A DNA stretch of 64,000 bases from Camelus dromedarius (Eukaryota). The translations under genes were made by a program, and so were the position numbers. Shown here piece by piece: positions 13,485 through 25,589 of this stretch; position 1 is the stretch's first letter, and each line of letters starts with the position of its first letter. The stretch is from contig NC_087436.1 of NCBI RefSeq assembly GCF_036321535.1, positions 80,788,001-80,852,000 of the forward strand, read 5' to 3'. The notes under the pieces are model-generated. The model made no database searches and was not told where the DNA came from. It worked only from the letters and a program-made list of their open reading frames with translations.

Positions 13485-14020
13485 CATTCCTTCAATAAAC
13501 ATTTGCTGAGTATTTATCATATACCTGCTGTTGTTCTGGGCACAGGAGTACAACAGTGAAAAAAAAATAGAAAGATCTTTGCCTACAGACCTTAGAATCT
13601 AATAGGGGAGGAGAAACAACCAAATTAAAGCAGTAGAAATAAATTAAATATGTAGAAGGTGGTATGTGCTATGGAAAAAAAAAAGAGTAGAGGGTATATT
13701 GGAAGGGGGACAGGGTTAAGAGTGGAAGAGATGAGAAATGTTTGCCAACCAATAAAGACGACCAGATTTGCTAAGAATTGGAGGTGGGGTGTGAGAGACA
13801 AGGACAGACTAGCGTGATTTTTGGCCTGAGCAACTGCAGGATGAAACTGTCACTAACTGAGAAGGGCTGTGCTTTGGGAGGAACAGGCTGGGGACAAGCT
13901 GATTCTGAGACACCTGAGTGCAGATGTCATGCAGGCAGTCGGTGTTCGAGGGAGAGTCTGGGGCCAGAGAGAGAAATGTTGAAGTGGTCAGTGTGTGGAT
14001 ATCAATTAAAGCTATGAGAC
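13485..14020 (-). mobile_element. L2 LINE 3' fragment
   Basis: 'cattccttcaataaacatttgctgag' (reverse L2 tail) and 'ttttggcctgagcaactg'. Confidence 0.75.
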
Positions 14021-14299
14021 TGAAGTTTTGACATCTGTGACTCTGGAATTTTTAATACCTGAAATTGAAATATTTTTAGAGCTGAAAATAATAGGTAAAC
14101 TATGGGATTGGCCCGGGGTCGCATTAAGGGGCTGGCATTTGGAAAAGATCCAAAGAAGCACATTAATCCAGTGACAGGAGAAAAATTAAGTTTTCTGTTT
14201 GCTTTCTGTCAAAAGCAGCTTATTCAACAAACATGTTACATTCTAAGGTAGCTTGCTTTCTTGAATCTCCCAGTGTTTACATGTGACTTTCCCTGCCTG

Positions 14300-14550
14300 G
14301 GCATTCTCCACACTACCTCTACTTATCTTTATCTGGAGAGCTAAAGGGCATTTTTCTAAAATGTACTTTTCTAATGCTTCCTGGGAAGCATTTTCTTACT
14401 CTTTGGGTTGAATCCATTTCCTTCCTATGTTCTCTGTCCCTTTCTAAACTGTAAGTCCTTGAGGGCAGGGCACCTGTCTTATTACCCCCTCTGCCTCTAG
14501 AGTCTAACATAGGGCCCTGCATAGTAGATGCCCAGTAAATCATGAAATGA
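14300..14550 (+). mobile_element. L2 LINE 3' end
   Basis: 'ctgtaagtccttgagggcaggg...catagtagatgcccagtaaat...aaatgaa'. Confidence 0.75.
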
Positions 14551-15258
14551 AAGCAAGCAGGCTAAGGGCAAAGGCCATGCTTTCTAAGTTGTATTGTTTC
14601 CTATGGTACTTGAGTAACTTGTATCACAATTAGGAATAAAGTCTGTCAGCGTCAGCATTGTATAAGAAATGCTGCTGATCTGTTTTTCTTGTTATGGGTA
14701 CCAGACAGACAGGTAGAACCCTAGTTCCTGTAAATACTGGAGAGTTTCTCTATCTCTAAACTTTATGAAGTTGAAAAAAGTGTTTATTGAGAATGCCTGA
14801 ACCAATGTTCTGAAATAAAAACTGTATACATCTATCTTACGTACAAATTACAATGTCTGAATTCTGTGCTTATTTATGTCTCACTGACAACATGTACCCA
14901 AGTTAACATCTTTTTTTTCTAGTCTGTACTCTTCTTTTCCTCAACTATTTCCAATGATGCTCACTTTTGTCATTACTGTCACACAGGCTCTGTGCTGGAA
15001 TTGTTATATCATTTAGGATTGGGTGAAACTGACTATTACAGAAAAGCAAAAATAACAGTTACTTAAATAACATAGTTTTTTTTTTTTTTAAGTAAAATAA
15101 ATCTGGAGGTAGACAGTACAGGGTGGATTTGATGTCCCCAAATCTTGCTCTAATAGAGGCTAGGAAATGCTGTCTTTTAGCTAAAACTGGGGTTCTATTA
15201 TTTACAAAACAGGAGATTGGTGGCAACTGGAAAATACAGTGTCTATCGTGGCTGTATT

Positions 15259-15322
15259 ATTTTTTTTACTGAAGTATAGTCAGTTACAGTGTGTCAGTTT
15301 CTGGTGCACAATGTCCCAGTCA
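15259..15322 (-). mobile_element. 64-bp severely 5'-truncated L1 3' end with 15-bp TSD
   Basis: T-tract + 'actgaagtatagtcagttaca...' as at 25608; flanks tatcgtggctgtatt (15244-15258) and tatcatggctgtatt (15323-15337). Confidence 0.85.
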
Positions 15323-16141
15323 TATCATGGCTGTATTCTTGTATCAGGTTTACTGTTTACTACTTTGTCCCTTATTTTACTCCATGTCCCCTTAAATACA
15401 AAATCTTTGCTTATTAACTTCCGCAAAATGCCGCATTTCTCTCTAATCTGCTCTGAAAATCCTGGTTGACAGCATTGTTTGTTCACAGAGATGTACCTTT
15501 GGTTGGCTTGCCTGGCCCTGCTGCTCTGTTTCTAACCTCAGCGCTCTGTCCTGAAGAGCCAGCTGTGTTCTCCTTGGAGAGCAGGGAAAACAGCAGGACT
15601 TTATTTTGCTCTCTTTCCATTCAAATAATCTCTTTCTTGTCAGAGTCTGAGCTAAAAATCGCACCTTGGCTTTGCAGTGTTTTGATACTTCCTGTGGTGA
15701 AAGGATGGGTGGGAGGAGGGTCTCACTGTGTCCTGAAGTGGCAGCAGACCGTTGCTCCTTGATATGAGGGCTCTTTCTGGCTGCTTCTGATTTCTGGGTG
15801 GACCACCTCTTCCTTTCCTGCTGGTCCCCATCTGCCACATCTAGACGCAGTCCCTTCAGCCCTGCCTCCGTGAAGGGTACCTCAGAAGAACAAGCTCTTG
15901 ATGCTCCACACCAACGTCACATGAAAATCTATGAGTTTATAAGATCTTAGGCAAAGACATGGGTAACTGTGTTGAATCCCAGTGTGGATGGTGGACAATG
16001 GAAACTATATCATCAACAGGACTTTCCCATAGTCAGGGGAGGACTTTCCCAGACTTTCAGCTTTTAAGAGGGTGCCCTTCTCTATTGCTCCTGTGTATTA
16101 AGTTCTTTCTAAGTGAGCATGCCTTTTCTCTGAACATCTTT

Positions 16142-16277
16142 TTTCTGAAGTATTTATTTATTGATTTATTTTTGAGGGGAGGTAATTACGTTTATTTTTT
16201 AATGGAGGTACTGGGGATTGAGCCCAGGACCTCATGCCTGCTAAGCACACACTCTACCATTGAACTCTGTCCTCTCA
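16142..16277 (-). mobile_element. tRNA-Ala-derived SINE (camelid Vic-1-like) with 14-bp TSD
   Basis: Minus strand reads AGTTCAATGGTAGAG...GCTTAGCAGGCATGAGGTCCTGGGCTCAATCCCCAGTACCTCC (A/B-box-like) + A-rich tail; TSD ctctgaacatcttt (16128-16141) / ctctgaacaccttt (16278-16291). Confidence 0.88.
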
Positions 16278-16521
16278 CTCTGAACACCTTTGATGAAACC
16301 TCCTCTCCTGACCATAGGGACTGGTTTCACACTGGAACCTGTCCCCCTCCAGAGTCCACCAGCAATTTATTTCTCCTTGTCTCAGTTACTTGGAAAAGGT
16401 TAAGACCCAGGAGAGTTCGTAGTCACTGATGACATTCCAATTCCCACAGAATGATCCAAAGTAGACACTCCAAGTTTCCCTACTGATCATGTAGTAGGTA
16501 ACCATACTGTTTCTTCTGGGG

Positions 16522-16548
<27 letters not shown>
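16522..16548 (+). repeat. (AC)n microsatellite
   Basis: Read directly. Confidence 0.9.
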
Positions 16549-16552
<4 letters not shown>

Positions 16553-17086
16553 GACAGACACATATGCATATATACACATCTCTCTACCAAAGGGAGACAG
16601 TATGTCTACCCATAAGATGATAAGCAAATTACCTGAGATTTTCAAGCCACAACAAGATTCACTGAGGAAGGCTTGGGGGAACTTAACCACTGTGGGCCAC
16701 ATGCCCATTTTTTATTCTGTTACAGGATTTACATATATTTTAATGGTGAGCAACTTTGGAAGAAATCTATACATGTGCCGGCTCTGTGGGCCGGCCATTT
16801 GTTTGTTTTGTTGATTTTGTGGCACACTTGTTTGGAAATAAAGGTGTACTGATCTAGAAATAGGAAAACTTGACTACTCTCAAAAGAGGTGGTTTTGTGT
16901 TTTGTGTTTCTTTACAGCTTAAAGTACAATGTAAGAATCTAAATACCTCAAATGGGAGAAATAGCATTGAATTATTATAAATAGTTTAGCAATCCTATGG
17001 ATTTGCTTGCATTGTTGGAGAACATTTTATTCAGTCCACAAAGTAATGTCTTCATAAAGTGAAAACCTGATATATGGTTAACTTTT

Positions 17087-17173
17087 CTTTTACAAAAAAA
17101 AAAAAAGACTATTTAAAGCAGTTTTAGGTTCAAAGCAATTTTGAGCAGAAAATTCAGAGATCCCATATACTCC
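17087..17173 (-). mobile_element. Short older L1 (L1MA/MB-type) 3' end
   Basis: 'gcagttttaggttcaaagcaattttgagcagaaaattcagagatcccatatactccc' is a typical reverse-complemented L1M 3' terminus. Confidence 0.7.
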
Positions 17174-17188
17174 CTGTATGATTAACTT

Positions 17189-18493
17189 ATTATTATTATT
17201 TTAAATTGAAGTATAGTTACTTTAAGATGTTTCAGGTATATAGCAGAGTAATTTAGTTATACACATATATGTTCTTTTGCAGATTATTTTCCACTATAGG
17301 TTATTACAAGATACTGAATATAGTTCTTTCTGCTACACAGTAGGTCCTTGTTGCTTATCTATTATACATATAGTAATGTCTATCTGTTAATCCCAGATTT
17401 CCAATTTATCCCTCCCCCCTTTCCTCTTTGATAGTCATAAGCTTATTTTCCATGTCTGTCAGTCTATTTCTGTTTTGTAAATATGTTTATTTGTATCATT
17501 TTTTTAGATTCCACATTAAGTGATATTGTATGATATTTGTCTTTCTCTGACTGACTTACTTAGTATGATAATCTCTAGGTCTATTCATGTTGCTGCAAAT
17601 GGCATTATTTCATTCTTTTTTTTTTGGTTGAGTAATATTTCATTGTATTTATAAACCACACCTTCTTTGTCCGGTCATCTGTCAGTGGACATTTAGGTTG
17701 CTTCCATGTCTTGGCTATTGTAAATAGTGCTGCTGTGAACATTGGGGTGCAGGTATCTTTTCAAATTAGAGTTTTAATCTTTTCTGGATATATGCCCAGG
17801 AGTGGGATTGCTGGATCATATGGTAAGTCTGTTTTTAGTCTTTTAAGGAACCTCCGTACTGTTTTCCATAGTGACTCCCACCAGTAGTGTAGGAAGATTC
17901 CCTTTTCTCCACACCCCCTCCAGCACTTATTATTTGTAGACTTCTGCTGGTGGCCCTTCTAACCAGTGTGAGATGATAGATACCTCATTGTAGTTTTGAT
18001 TTGCATTTCTCTAATATTTAGTGTTTTGAGCATCTTTTCATGTGCCTATTGGCCATTTGTATGTCTTCATTGGAGAAATGCTTGTTTAGGTCTTTTGACC
18101 ATTTTTTGGACTGGGTTGTTTGTGTTTTTGTTATTAAGCTGTATGAGCTGTTTGTATATTTTGGAAATTAAGCCCTTGTTGGTAGCATCATTTGCGAATA
18201 TTTTCTCCCAGCCTGTAGGTTGCCTTTTCATTTTGTTTATGGTTTCCTTTGCTGTGCAAAAAGCCTTTACATTTAATTAGGTCCCATTTGGTTATTTTTG
18301 CTTTTGTTTCCATTATTCTAGGAGATGGATTTAAAAAATACTGCTGCGATTTATGTCAGAGTGTTCTGCCTATGTTTTCCTCTAGGAGTTTTATAGTAAT
18401 TAGTCTTACATTTAGATCTTTAATCCATTTTGAGTTTACTTTTGTGTGTGGTGCTAGAGAATGTTCTAATTTCATTCTTTTATGTGTAGGTGT
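17189..18493 (-). mobile_element. 5'-truncated LINE-1 with 15-bp TSD
   Basis: Antisense L1 3' UTR and ORF2 end; TSD ctgtatgattaactt (17174-17188) / ctgtatggttaactt (18494-18508). Confidence 0.95.
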
Positions 18494-19564
18494 CTGTATG
18501 GTTAACTTTTAAGGTGAATTATTGATCCCTGTTCCTACCATCAAATTATAATGAAATTCACTTCACTATTGGATTTTAGTACTCTGTAAGTTAATGTGCT
18601 AGTGACCACTGGGGATAGAGATTAGCTTCTGGAACATAGAAGGACTTCAACATGACAGTATTTTCTTTCTGTTCACTGTATATTATTTGGTAACTCACAA
18701 TGTTTTTGGATTAAAATGACACTGTCATAATTTACATAGGAATGGCTTTATTCATATGCAATCACTTTATCTATTTGGTGATTATTTTAAAATAAATGTA
18801 ATTTAGTTGTCTATACATCATTACACCTCAATTAAAAGAATCAGGTAGTTAATGAATGGGAATATTACAACTCTGCTATTGTGGAAGGTACCTGTTGCCT
18901 GGGCCACTCTTGAAGTAGTAACTATAACCTTGATACTGCTTCATCTACCTAAATAAAGGCAAATAGAGAACCAACTCTGCTGCTGTAAAGTGCCCTTGGG
19001 CTGGTGATTTTGCAGGAGATGTCCTAGAGGTTCCATTTATCACTAGGAAGTAAGCGTTAGTGCCAGTGCTCCTTGGTGAGTGCCAAAGCTCGCACTGAGA
19101 GCTCGGAAACTTCCCTCCATCACTTTATCATATGTGGGATGATGAGTTTTCTTTAGGGATGAGTTTTTTTTTATTTTTTTGAATCTAATAATGTAGTGAC
19201 TTGCATTTTTCATATTTTTCCCCCTGAAACTTCTAATTATGTTTTTGTGACAGAGGGAAGGAGTAGACATAAAGATTATTTGCAAAAATATTCTGCTTCA
19301 TTATTTTTTGTGCTCATTTTCCCCCTTTGGGCTATTATATTAAAACTTCTAGATTTCACATGTATGAATTGAAATACTTTTTTTTCTTTCTCTACCCTTT
19401 CTAAAATCCCCTCGTGTTCCATCAATGTTGTTCACTTCTTAGGAGAAAGAAACTTGACCTAAACCATCACATACATTTTTCATGAATGTTTGCCTGGAGT
19501 GGAGAATACTTTGTAAAATCTAAGAATTTTGCCAAATGTGGCACATGTGTTGTGTCCCTTCTTT

Positions 19565-19696
19565 CAGCAATTCATTCACCAGCTCTGTATCGAAGAGCAA
19601 GTTTGCCAGGCACTGGTAAGATAAGTGAGACAGATATGGCTGAGGCCTTAAAGGAGCATACAGTCTAGTGGGGGAGATAGATTTATGAATCAACTT
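19565..19696 (-). mobile_element. L2 3' end, interrupted by Tigger1
   Basis: 'attcattcacc...tttgccaggcactgg...cttaaaggagcatacagtctagtggggg'. Confidence 0.65.
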
Positions 19697-21810
19697 CAGG
19701 CACACCTTGGAGATATTGTGGGTTCAGTTCCAGACCACTGCAATAAGGCGAATATCACAATAAAGTGAGTCACACAAACATTTTGGTTTCCCAGTGCATA
19801 TAAAAGTTATATTCACACTATACTGCAGTCTGTTAAGTGTGAAACAGCAGTATGTCTAAAAGCAATGTACTTACCTTGACTAAAAATACTTTATTGCTAA
19901 AAAATGCTAACCATTATCTAAACCTTCAGTGAGTCATATTCTTTTTGCTATTGGAGGGCCTTACCTCGGGGTTGATGCTGCTGACTGATCAGGGTTGTAG
20001 TTGCTGAAGGTTGGAGTGGCTGTGGCAATTTCTTAAAATAAGACAACAATGAAGTCTGCCACATCAATTGACTCTTCCTTTCATGAAAGATTTCTCCGTA
20101 TGATGCATTGCTGTTTGATAACATTTTACCCAGTAGAACTTCTTTTGAAATTGGAGTCAGTCCTCTCAAACCCTGCCACTGCTTTATCAACTAAGCTTAT
20201 GTAATATTCTAAATCCTTTGTTGTCATGTCAGCAGTCTTCACAGCATCTTCACGAGGAGTAGTTTCCATCTCAAGAAACCAAGCTCTTTGCTCATCCATA
20301 AAAAGCAACTCCTCATCCACTCAAGTTTGACCATGAGATGGCAGCCACTCAGTCCCATTTTCAGTCTCTACTTCTAATTCTAGTTCTCTTCCTAGTTGCA
20401 TTACATCTGCAGTGACTTCCTCCTTTAAAATCTTGAACCTTTAAAAGTTACCCGTGAGATTTGAATCAACTTCTTACAAATTCCTGTGGATATTGATAAT
20501 TTGATCCTTCCCCATGAATCACAAATGTTCATAATGGCATCTGGAATGGTGAATACTTTCCAGAAGCTTTTTGGTTCACTTTGCCCAGATCCATCAGAGG
20601 AGCCACTATTTATGGCAACTATAGCCTCATGAAATGTGTTTCTCAAATAATAAGACTTGAAAGTCAAAATTACCCTTTGATCTATGAGCTACAGAATGGA
20701 TGTTGTGTTCTCAGGCATGAAAATAATGTTAATCTCATTGTACAACTCCATCAGAGCTCTTGGTTGATCAGGTGCATTGTCAGTGAGCAGCAACATTTTG
20801 AAAGGAATCTTTTTTCTGAGCATTAGGTCTCAAGAGTGGGCTTAAATATTCAGTAAAGCATGTTGTAAACAGATGTGCTGGCATCCAGGCTTTGTTGTTC
20901 TATTTATAAAGCACAGGTAGCTTTCGCATAATTCTTAAGGGCCTTAGGATTTTAGGCATGGTAAATGAGCATTGCCTTCAACTGAAAGTCACCAGCTGCA
21001 TTGGCCCCTGAGAAGAGAGTCAGCCTGTCCTTTGAAGCTTTGAAACGAGGCATTGACTTCTCCTCTCTAGATATGAAAGTCCTAGATGGCATCTTCTTTT
21101 CAGTAGAAGGCTGTTTCATCCACACTGAAAATCTGTTGTTCAGTGTTGCCACCTTCATGAATGATCTGAGCTAGATCTTCTGGAGAACTTGCTGCAGCTT
21201 CTACATCAGCACTTGCTGCTTCACACTGCCTTTTATGTTATGGAGGCAGCTTCTTTCCTTAAACCTCATGAACCAGCCTCTGCTCACTTCAAACTTTTCT
21301 TCTGCAGCTTCCTCACCTCTCTAAGCCTTCATAGGATTGAAGAGGGTCTTGCTTTGGATTAGGCCTTGATTTACAGGTATATTGAAGCTGGTTTGACTTT
21401 CTGTCCAGACCATTAAACTTTCTCCATATCAGCAATAAGACTGTTTTGCTTTCTTATCATTTTTGTGTTCACTGGAGTAGCACATTTAATTTCCTTTAAG
21501 AACTTTTCTGTTGCATTCACAACTTGGCTGACAATTTGGTACAAGAGGCCTAGCTTTTGGCCTAACTCGACTTTGGACATGGCTTCCTCACAAAGCTTAA
21601 TCATTTTTAGCTTTTGATTTAAAGTGAGAGAAGCAACTCTCCCTTCCTTCGAGGCCATTGTAGGGTTATTAATTGGCCTAATTTCGATATTGTTGTGCCT
21701 TGGGAAATAGGGGGCCCAAGGAGGGAGAGAGAGATGGGGGAAAGGCCAATGAGTGAAAGAATCAGAACACACACAACATTCATTGATTAAGCCTTCCATC
21801 TTACATGCAT
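19697..21810 (-). mobile_element. Tigger1 (TcMar/pogo) DNA transposon with decayed transposase; one terminus missing
   Basis: Terminus 'caggcacaccttggagatattgtgggttcagttccagaccactgcaataa' at 19697; peptides [20 protein letters not shown]...[83 protein letters not shown]; many frameshifts. Confidence 0.95.
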
Positions 21811-21814
21811 GCAA

Positions 21815-22240
21815 ATCATCGCGAGACTAAGGGAAGGCCATATAGTTATAACATGACTGCAATATCCAGGGGAAAAGAGAGGAGGACTTTAAGGCAGTAA
21901 TAGTGGGAGGGAAAAAGCAGGGACAGATTAAGGAGACATGAATGTGATGTCTCTAGTGTATCTTCTCATCCCTGGATGCATAAGTAGGTTGGTGATGCTT
22001 GTCCACAAGATAGGAAATGCAGGGAAAAAAGAACAGGTTTTTGGGGAATGATGATGTTTTATTTTGGGTGTGTTCAGTAACAGTGGCATAGCCACAACGG
22101 GGGCAGTCACTCTCAAATTAAATGCATGTGTCTGAAGCCTATAAAGGGCTCTGAGCTAACGATATGGATTTGGGAGTCAGTAGTGTCTATGTGGATACTG
22201 ACACTTTGGTGTCAATGAAGAAACAAGATTTTTGGGAAAT
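21815..22240 (-). mobile_element. L2 fragment (continuation beyond Tigger1)
   Basis: 'ggaaaaaagaacaggtttttgggg...atttgggagtcagtag' is L2-like. Confidence 0.55.
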
Positions 22241-22720
22241 CTTGACATTATGAGGCTTGTGATCTCATGCAAGATATTAAAAACAAATAGCCCATAGCAG
22301 GTTATTTTGTACATATTATCTTTGTGTATTTATCTCATAAATGGTAAGTTCTCAATAGAGTTTTGAGGGGGAAAGTGGGAAGAGGAGGAGGGAGGAAGAA
22401 AGGTTGGGTGAAGACTGGTGTCTTTAGAACACAAGGCTTCGCGAAGCTATGACAGACACCAAAGAGAACATAAGATAAAACACTAGATATTTTTTTGTAA
22501 CCGTAGGATCAAGTCTGATTTACTTTAGGAAGGTTTAAAAGTATTTCAAATCATCTTCATTATATATTTTGATGAAAATTTTTTCTAGAGTTTCCATAAA
22601 GATGCACTTCACAGTAGTCTTTCAGTCTCAGCTGGGGCAGACCCTCCTTCCTTAGGCTACACTTGAACTGGCCCAGGTGCTCAGAGGCATTTAGAAATCA
22701 CACTTACTTTTCAGACTTAC

Positions 22721-22787
22721 CTGCATGTATTAGTTCTATTGGGCATAAACTTGTAAGTCTGTTATTGATGACAAACTGAACCTGATC
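22721..22787 (-). other. Candidate 67-nt internal exon
   Basis: Acceptor CCCTTGCCTTTTTGCTTGTTTAG| and consensus donor CAG|GTAAGT; one open frame DQVQFVINNRLTSLCPIELIHA; no recognised homology. Confidence 0.3.
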
Positions 22788-24559
22788 CTAAACAAGCAAA
22801 AAGGCAAGGGTGGCAGTGGTACTGTGATATTCACATGGACCCTACCAGGCCTCCACAGTGATTCACCTAGGGCTTTGGGTATTAGGGGAACATACATGGA
22901 AGGATTCAGAATCAAGACATCTGTGATTGTTTGTTTAAGAACCTATACTTTCAGCCTCAGCATATAACGCTTGACACCATGTGGACAAGAGACGCTATCT
23001 TCTTGGTACAACAGGAATATGAATTTACGAAGTTAGCTCAAATAGCCCATTATTTTGGCCTCTCCCCTGCCCCTTTTAACTCGCATAGATGTCCTCAGGT
23101 CTCGGCCAACACTCTCTTACTTTGCCTGTACATCCCTCCTGGGGACTCTTCTTCATGTCTTTAAAGATGTGCAATCTGCAGTTACTGTTTTCTTATGGAT
23201 TGGAAATTTTTATCATGTTTGTAAATTGGGTATTATCTAGAACACTTATAAATACTGTGTAGGGGTAGCTTTTGCCTTTAGTTGGCAGGGTTTTTTTTTT
23301 TTTTTTTTGGTGGTTGTTAACATTTATAAATAAGTTTGTAAAACTTACCAGCTCTTTCTCTTAGCAAAATTATGAGAAAGAATGATCAACTATGAACAGT
23401 TAAGATGAGTTGTCTTAATAAGAAGCAGTAGCTAAAAAAAAAAAAAGGAGCTAATTAAAATAATGGTTATGTCTTTGGACAAGACAATTGAGAGAAGATA
23501 TGCAAGAGGTAGAAAAGGTTCAGTGAAAACAAAGCTCAAGACTGGTAATTGGAAAGTGGCATTTACTTTTGCTACTGAGTTTAATCCCATCGGACAGTCT
23601 CCTATTGCAAAACTGTCCAGGAAGCTGTCAGCAATGAACTTCATACTCTCTCTCCCTGGGTTAGGTTTGCCTTCTTTTCTATGAACAGCAGATGGAATGC
23701 TCAGTTAATGATAGAGCTAGTATCATAGGAAATAAAGGTGTCCAAAGACTAAAGAACTCCCTTGAGCCCTAATAAAGAAAAGCAGTGATGAATGTCCAGG
23801 TGGCCCACACAACTCAAGTGTTTTTGAAACAGGGTTTGTTGATGGAAACTTACAGAGATAGGAGTAGTGGCAGAAGCGGGCACCCTTGTTCCCCTTGCAC
23901 TTTGGGACAACCAGGACATCTAGCAGCACCAGACACCAGGCTGCAGGGGAGGAAGCCTGGTTTTGTGAGTTTATAAACCATCTGCTTGGGAAAAATTAGC
24001 TCCTGCCCTGGCATAATCAGGGGCACAATAAAGGATCATGTGGTAGAAATTTGGTGCCTGGCCCTGTTTTTTCATCTCAACACCGGGTTGGGAGAACACC
24101 AGCCTTTCCTTAGGCCTCAACAGGGGTGGGGACCGGAGCCTAGTGGTGACAGCTCTATGCTTTGGTGGCCCATGAGCCTGATGCACCAACTCAGCGTTCT
24201 CTGGGGATTGCCTTCAGCACCAGGCTCAAATCTTTCTTGGTCTAAAACTTCCTCTCTGAGCAGCCAGCCTGTGCCAGTCTGTCTTGGACAAGTTAACCCT
24301 TGTCACCTTCTACAATTTCTGTCAAGCAACTGTTCAGCAGGGACTGAGAGGAAAAATTCTTGGACCATCACCGTTCCTTCCATGTGGTGCGAGAGTCACA
24401 ATGGGACTGCTTTGCAATACAAGAGAGACTCAGTTTTCAAAGAAATTTCGTGTTGGTTTTAAAAAATGCTTCTTTAATAAAGTGTATTTTTCACTTTGTA
24501 GCGCTACCTCCTCAAGAGCCCTAGTTCTTGGCCAATGCATTTGCTAAGCAATTTAAAGT

Positions 24560-24750
24560 TTATATAACTAACAGTCAATGGGTGCTTATTACATGCCAGG
24601 CATATAATGGGGGGCACTGTCATTGTGTTTATTTTACAGGAAAAGAAAATGGAGCTAGAAATTATCTGACTAACTCAAAGTCACAGCCAATAAGTGTTCA
24701 AGTTGGGATTCAAGCCCAACTAGGTATAGCTGGCTCCAAAGCTTGCTAAA
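24560..24750 (-). mobile_element. MIR SINE
   Basis: 'attttacaggaaaagaaaatggagct...aaagtcacagccaataagt...gggattcaagccca'. Confidence 0.75.
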
Positions 24751-25589
24751 ATCATGGCTTGTGAAAATTCAAAGCCCTATGCCTAGATTTATGCAAATTT
24801 TCAGGGTTCTTATAAATTACAATGGCTTTTTACCTCCTCCTGATTCCTATAACATGTTATCTCATGTTGACCACATGTGAAATTTGCATCTCTTTGGGTT
24901 TTACCCCAAATCACCCACACAAAACATTGATTAGTAAATAGAATTTATGGAGGATTTCATGGAAGAGTCAGAGAATGGTTTATAATACTGTGACACAAGT
25001 GACTTTAATTGTCAACAGAGATGTCACCATTAAAAAATACCCAGTTTGCCACTGTGCATTACTCCAACTCATCCCAGCCTCTCTTGCCCTATCAGTCTCT
25101 CCTTCCTTCTCTTCCCTTCTCTTTTTTCTGTAACTCCCTTTCAGGGGTAAGCAAGTAAGCAGGAAAAATAACTAACCAAAAAGCAAATTTCTTTCTTTCT
25201 TTTTAAAAAAACTTTAAACAAGGCAACTGTGCTTTTCCTCTAGTACTTTGGTGTCAGCCAAAGCCAAGGCCCTTGATGTCTTACCTTCTAACCCAAGTAA
25301 TTATGGGTATATCCCCCTCCCATCCCCCCACCCCCCTAAGAGAATTCACATTCTAAGATGAATGCGAACTTTCTAATAAACACTCAATTCACCATAGAGT
25401 TTGAGCTTTGGTAGCCTACATCAAGCTTTTCCTCAGCATGTCTACCTTCATTGCTCTGTCCCATCTCAGAGTCAGGAAGGAAAAGAGGAAGGTGGAGGGA
25501 AGAAGAAGAGAGGGAAGAAGGAATGGATGCAGATGGCATTTGTTTTTTTAACTTTATATTTTGGGGAGAATTTACTTTGCCTACAGACT

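Noticed and set aside
12982..13559. Cluster of overlapping 60-108 aa ORFs on both strands
   Set aside because: Expected in locally higher GC with fewer stop codons; no recognisable protein. Only the splice-signal model is kept, as a low-confidence finding.
15443..16429. 131-aa and 156-aa ORFs
   Set aside because: No recognisable domain; the 156-aa ORF reads through an antisense SINE.
21413..21814. TIGD1-like gene
   Set aside because: Part of a frameshifted Tigger1 copy with a transposon terminus, not an intact domesticated ORF.
23986..24462. Longest ORF in the track (158 aa)
   Set aside because: No recognisable homology or splice context, and it starts at a non-ATG codon (ttg).
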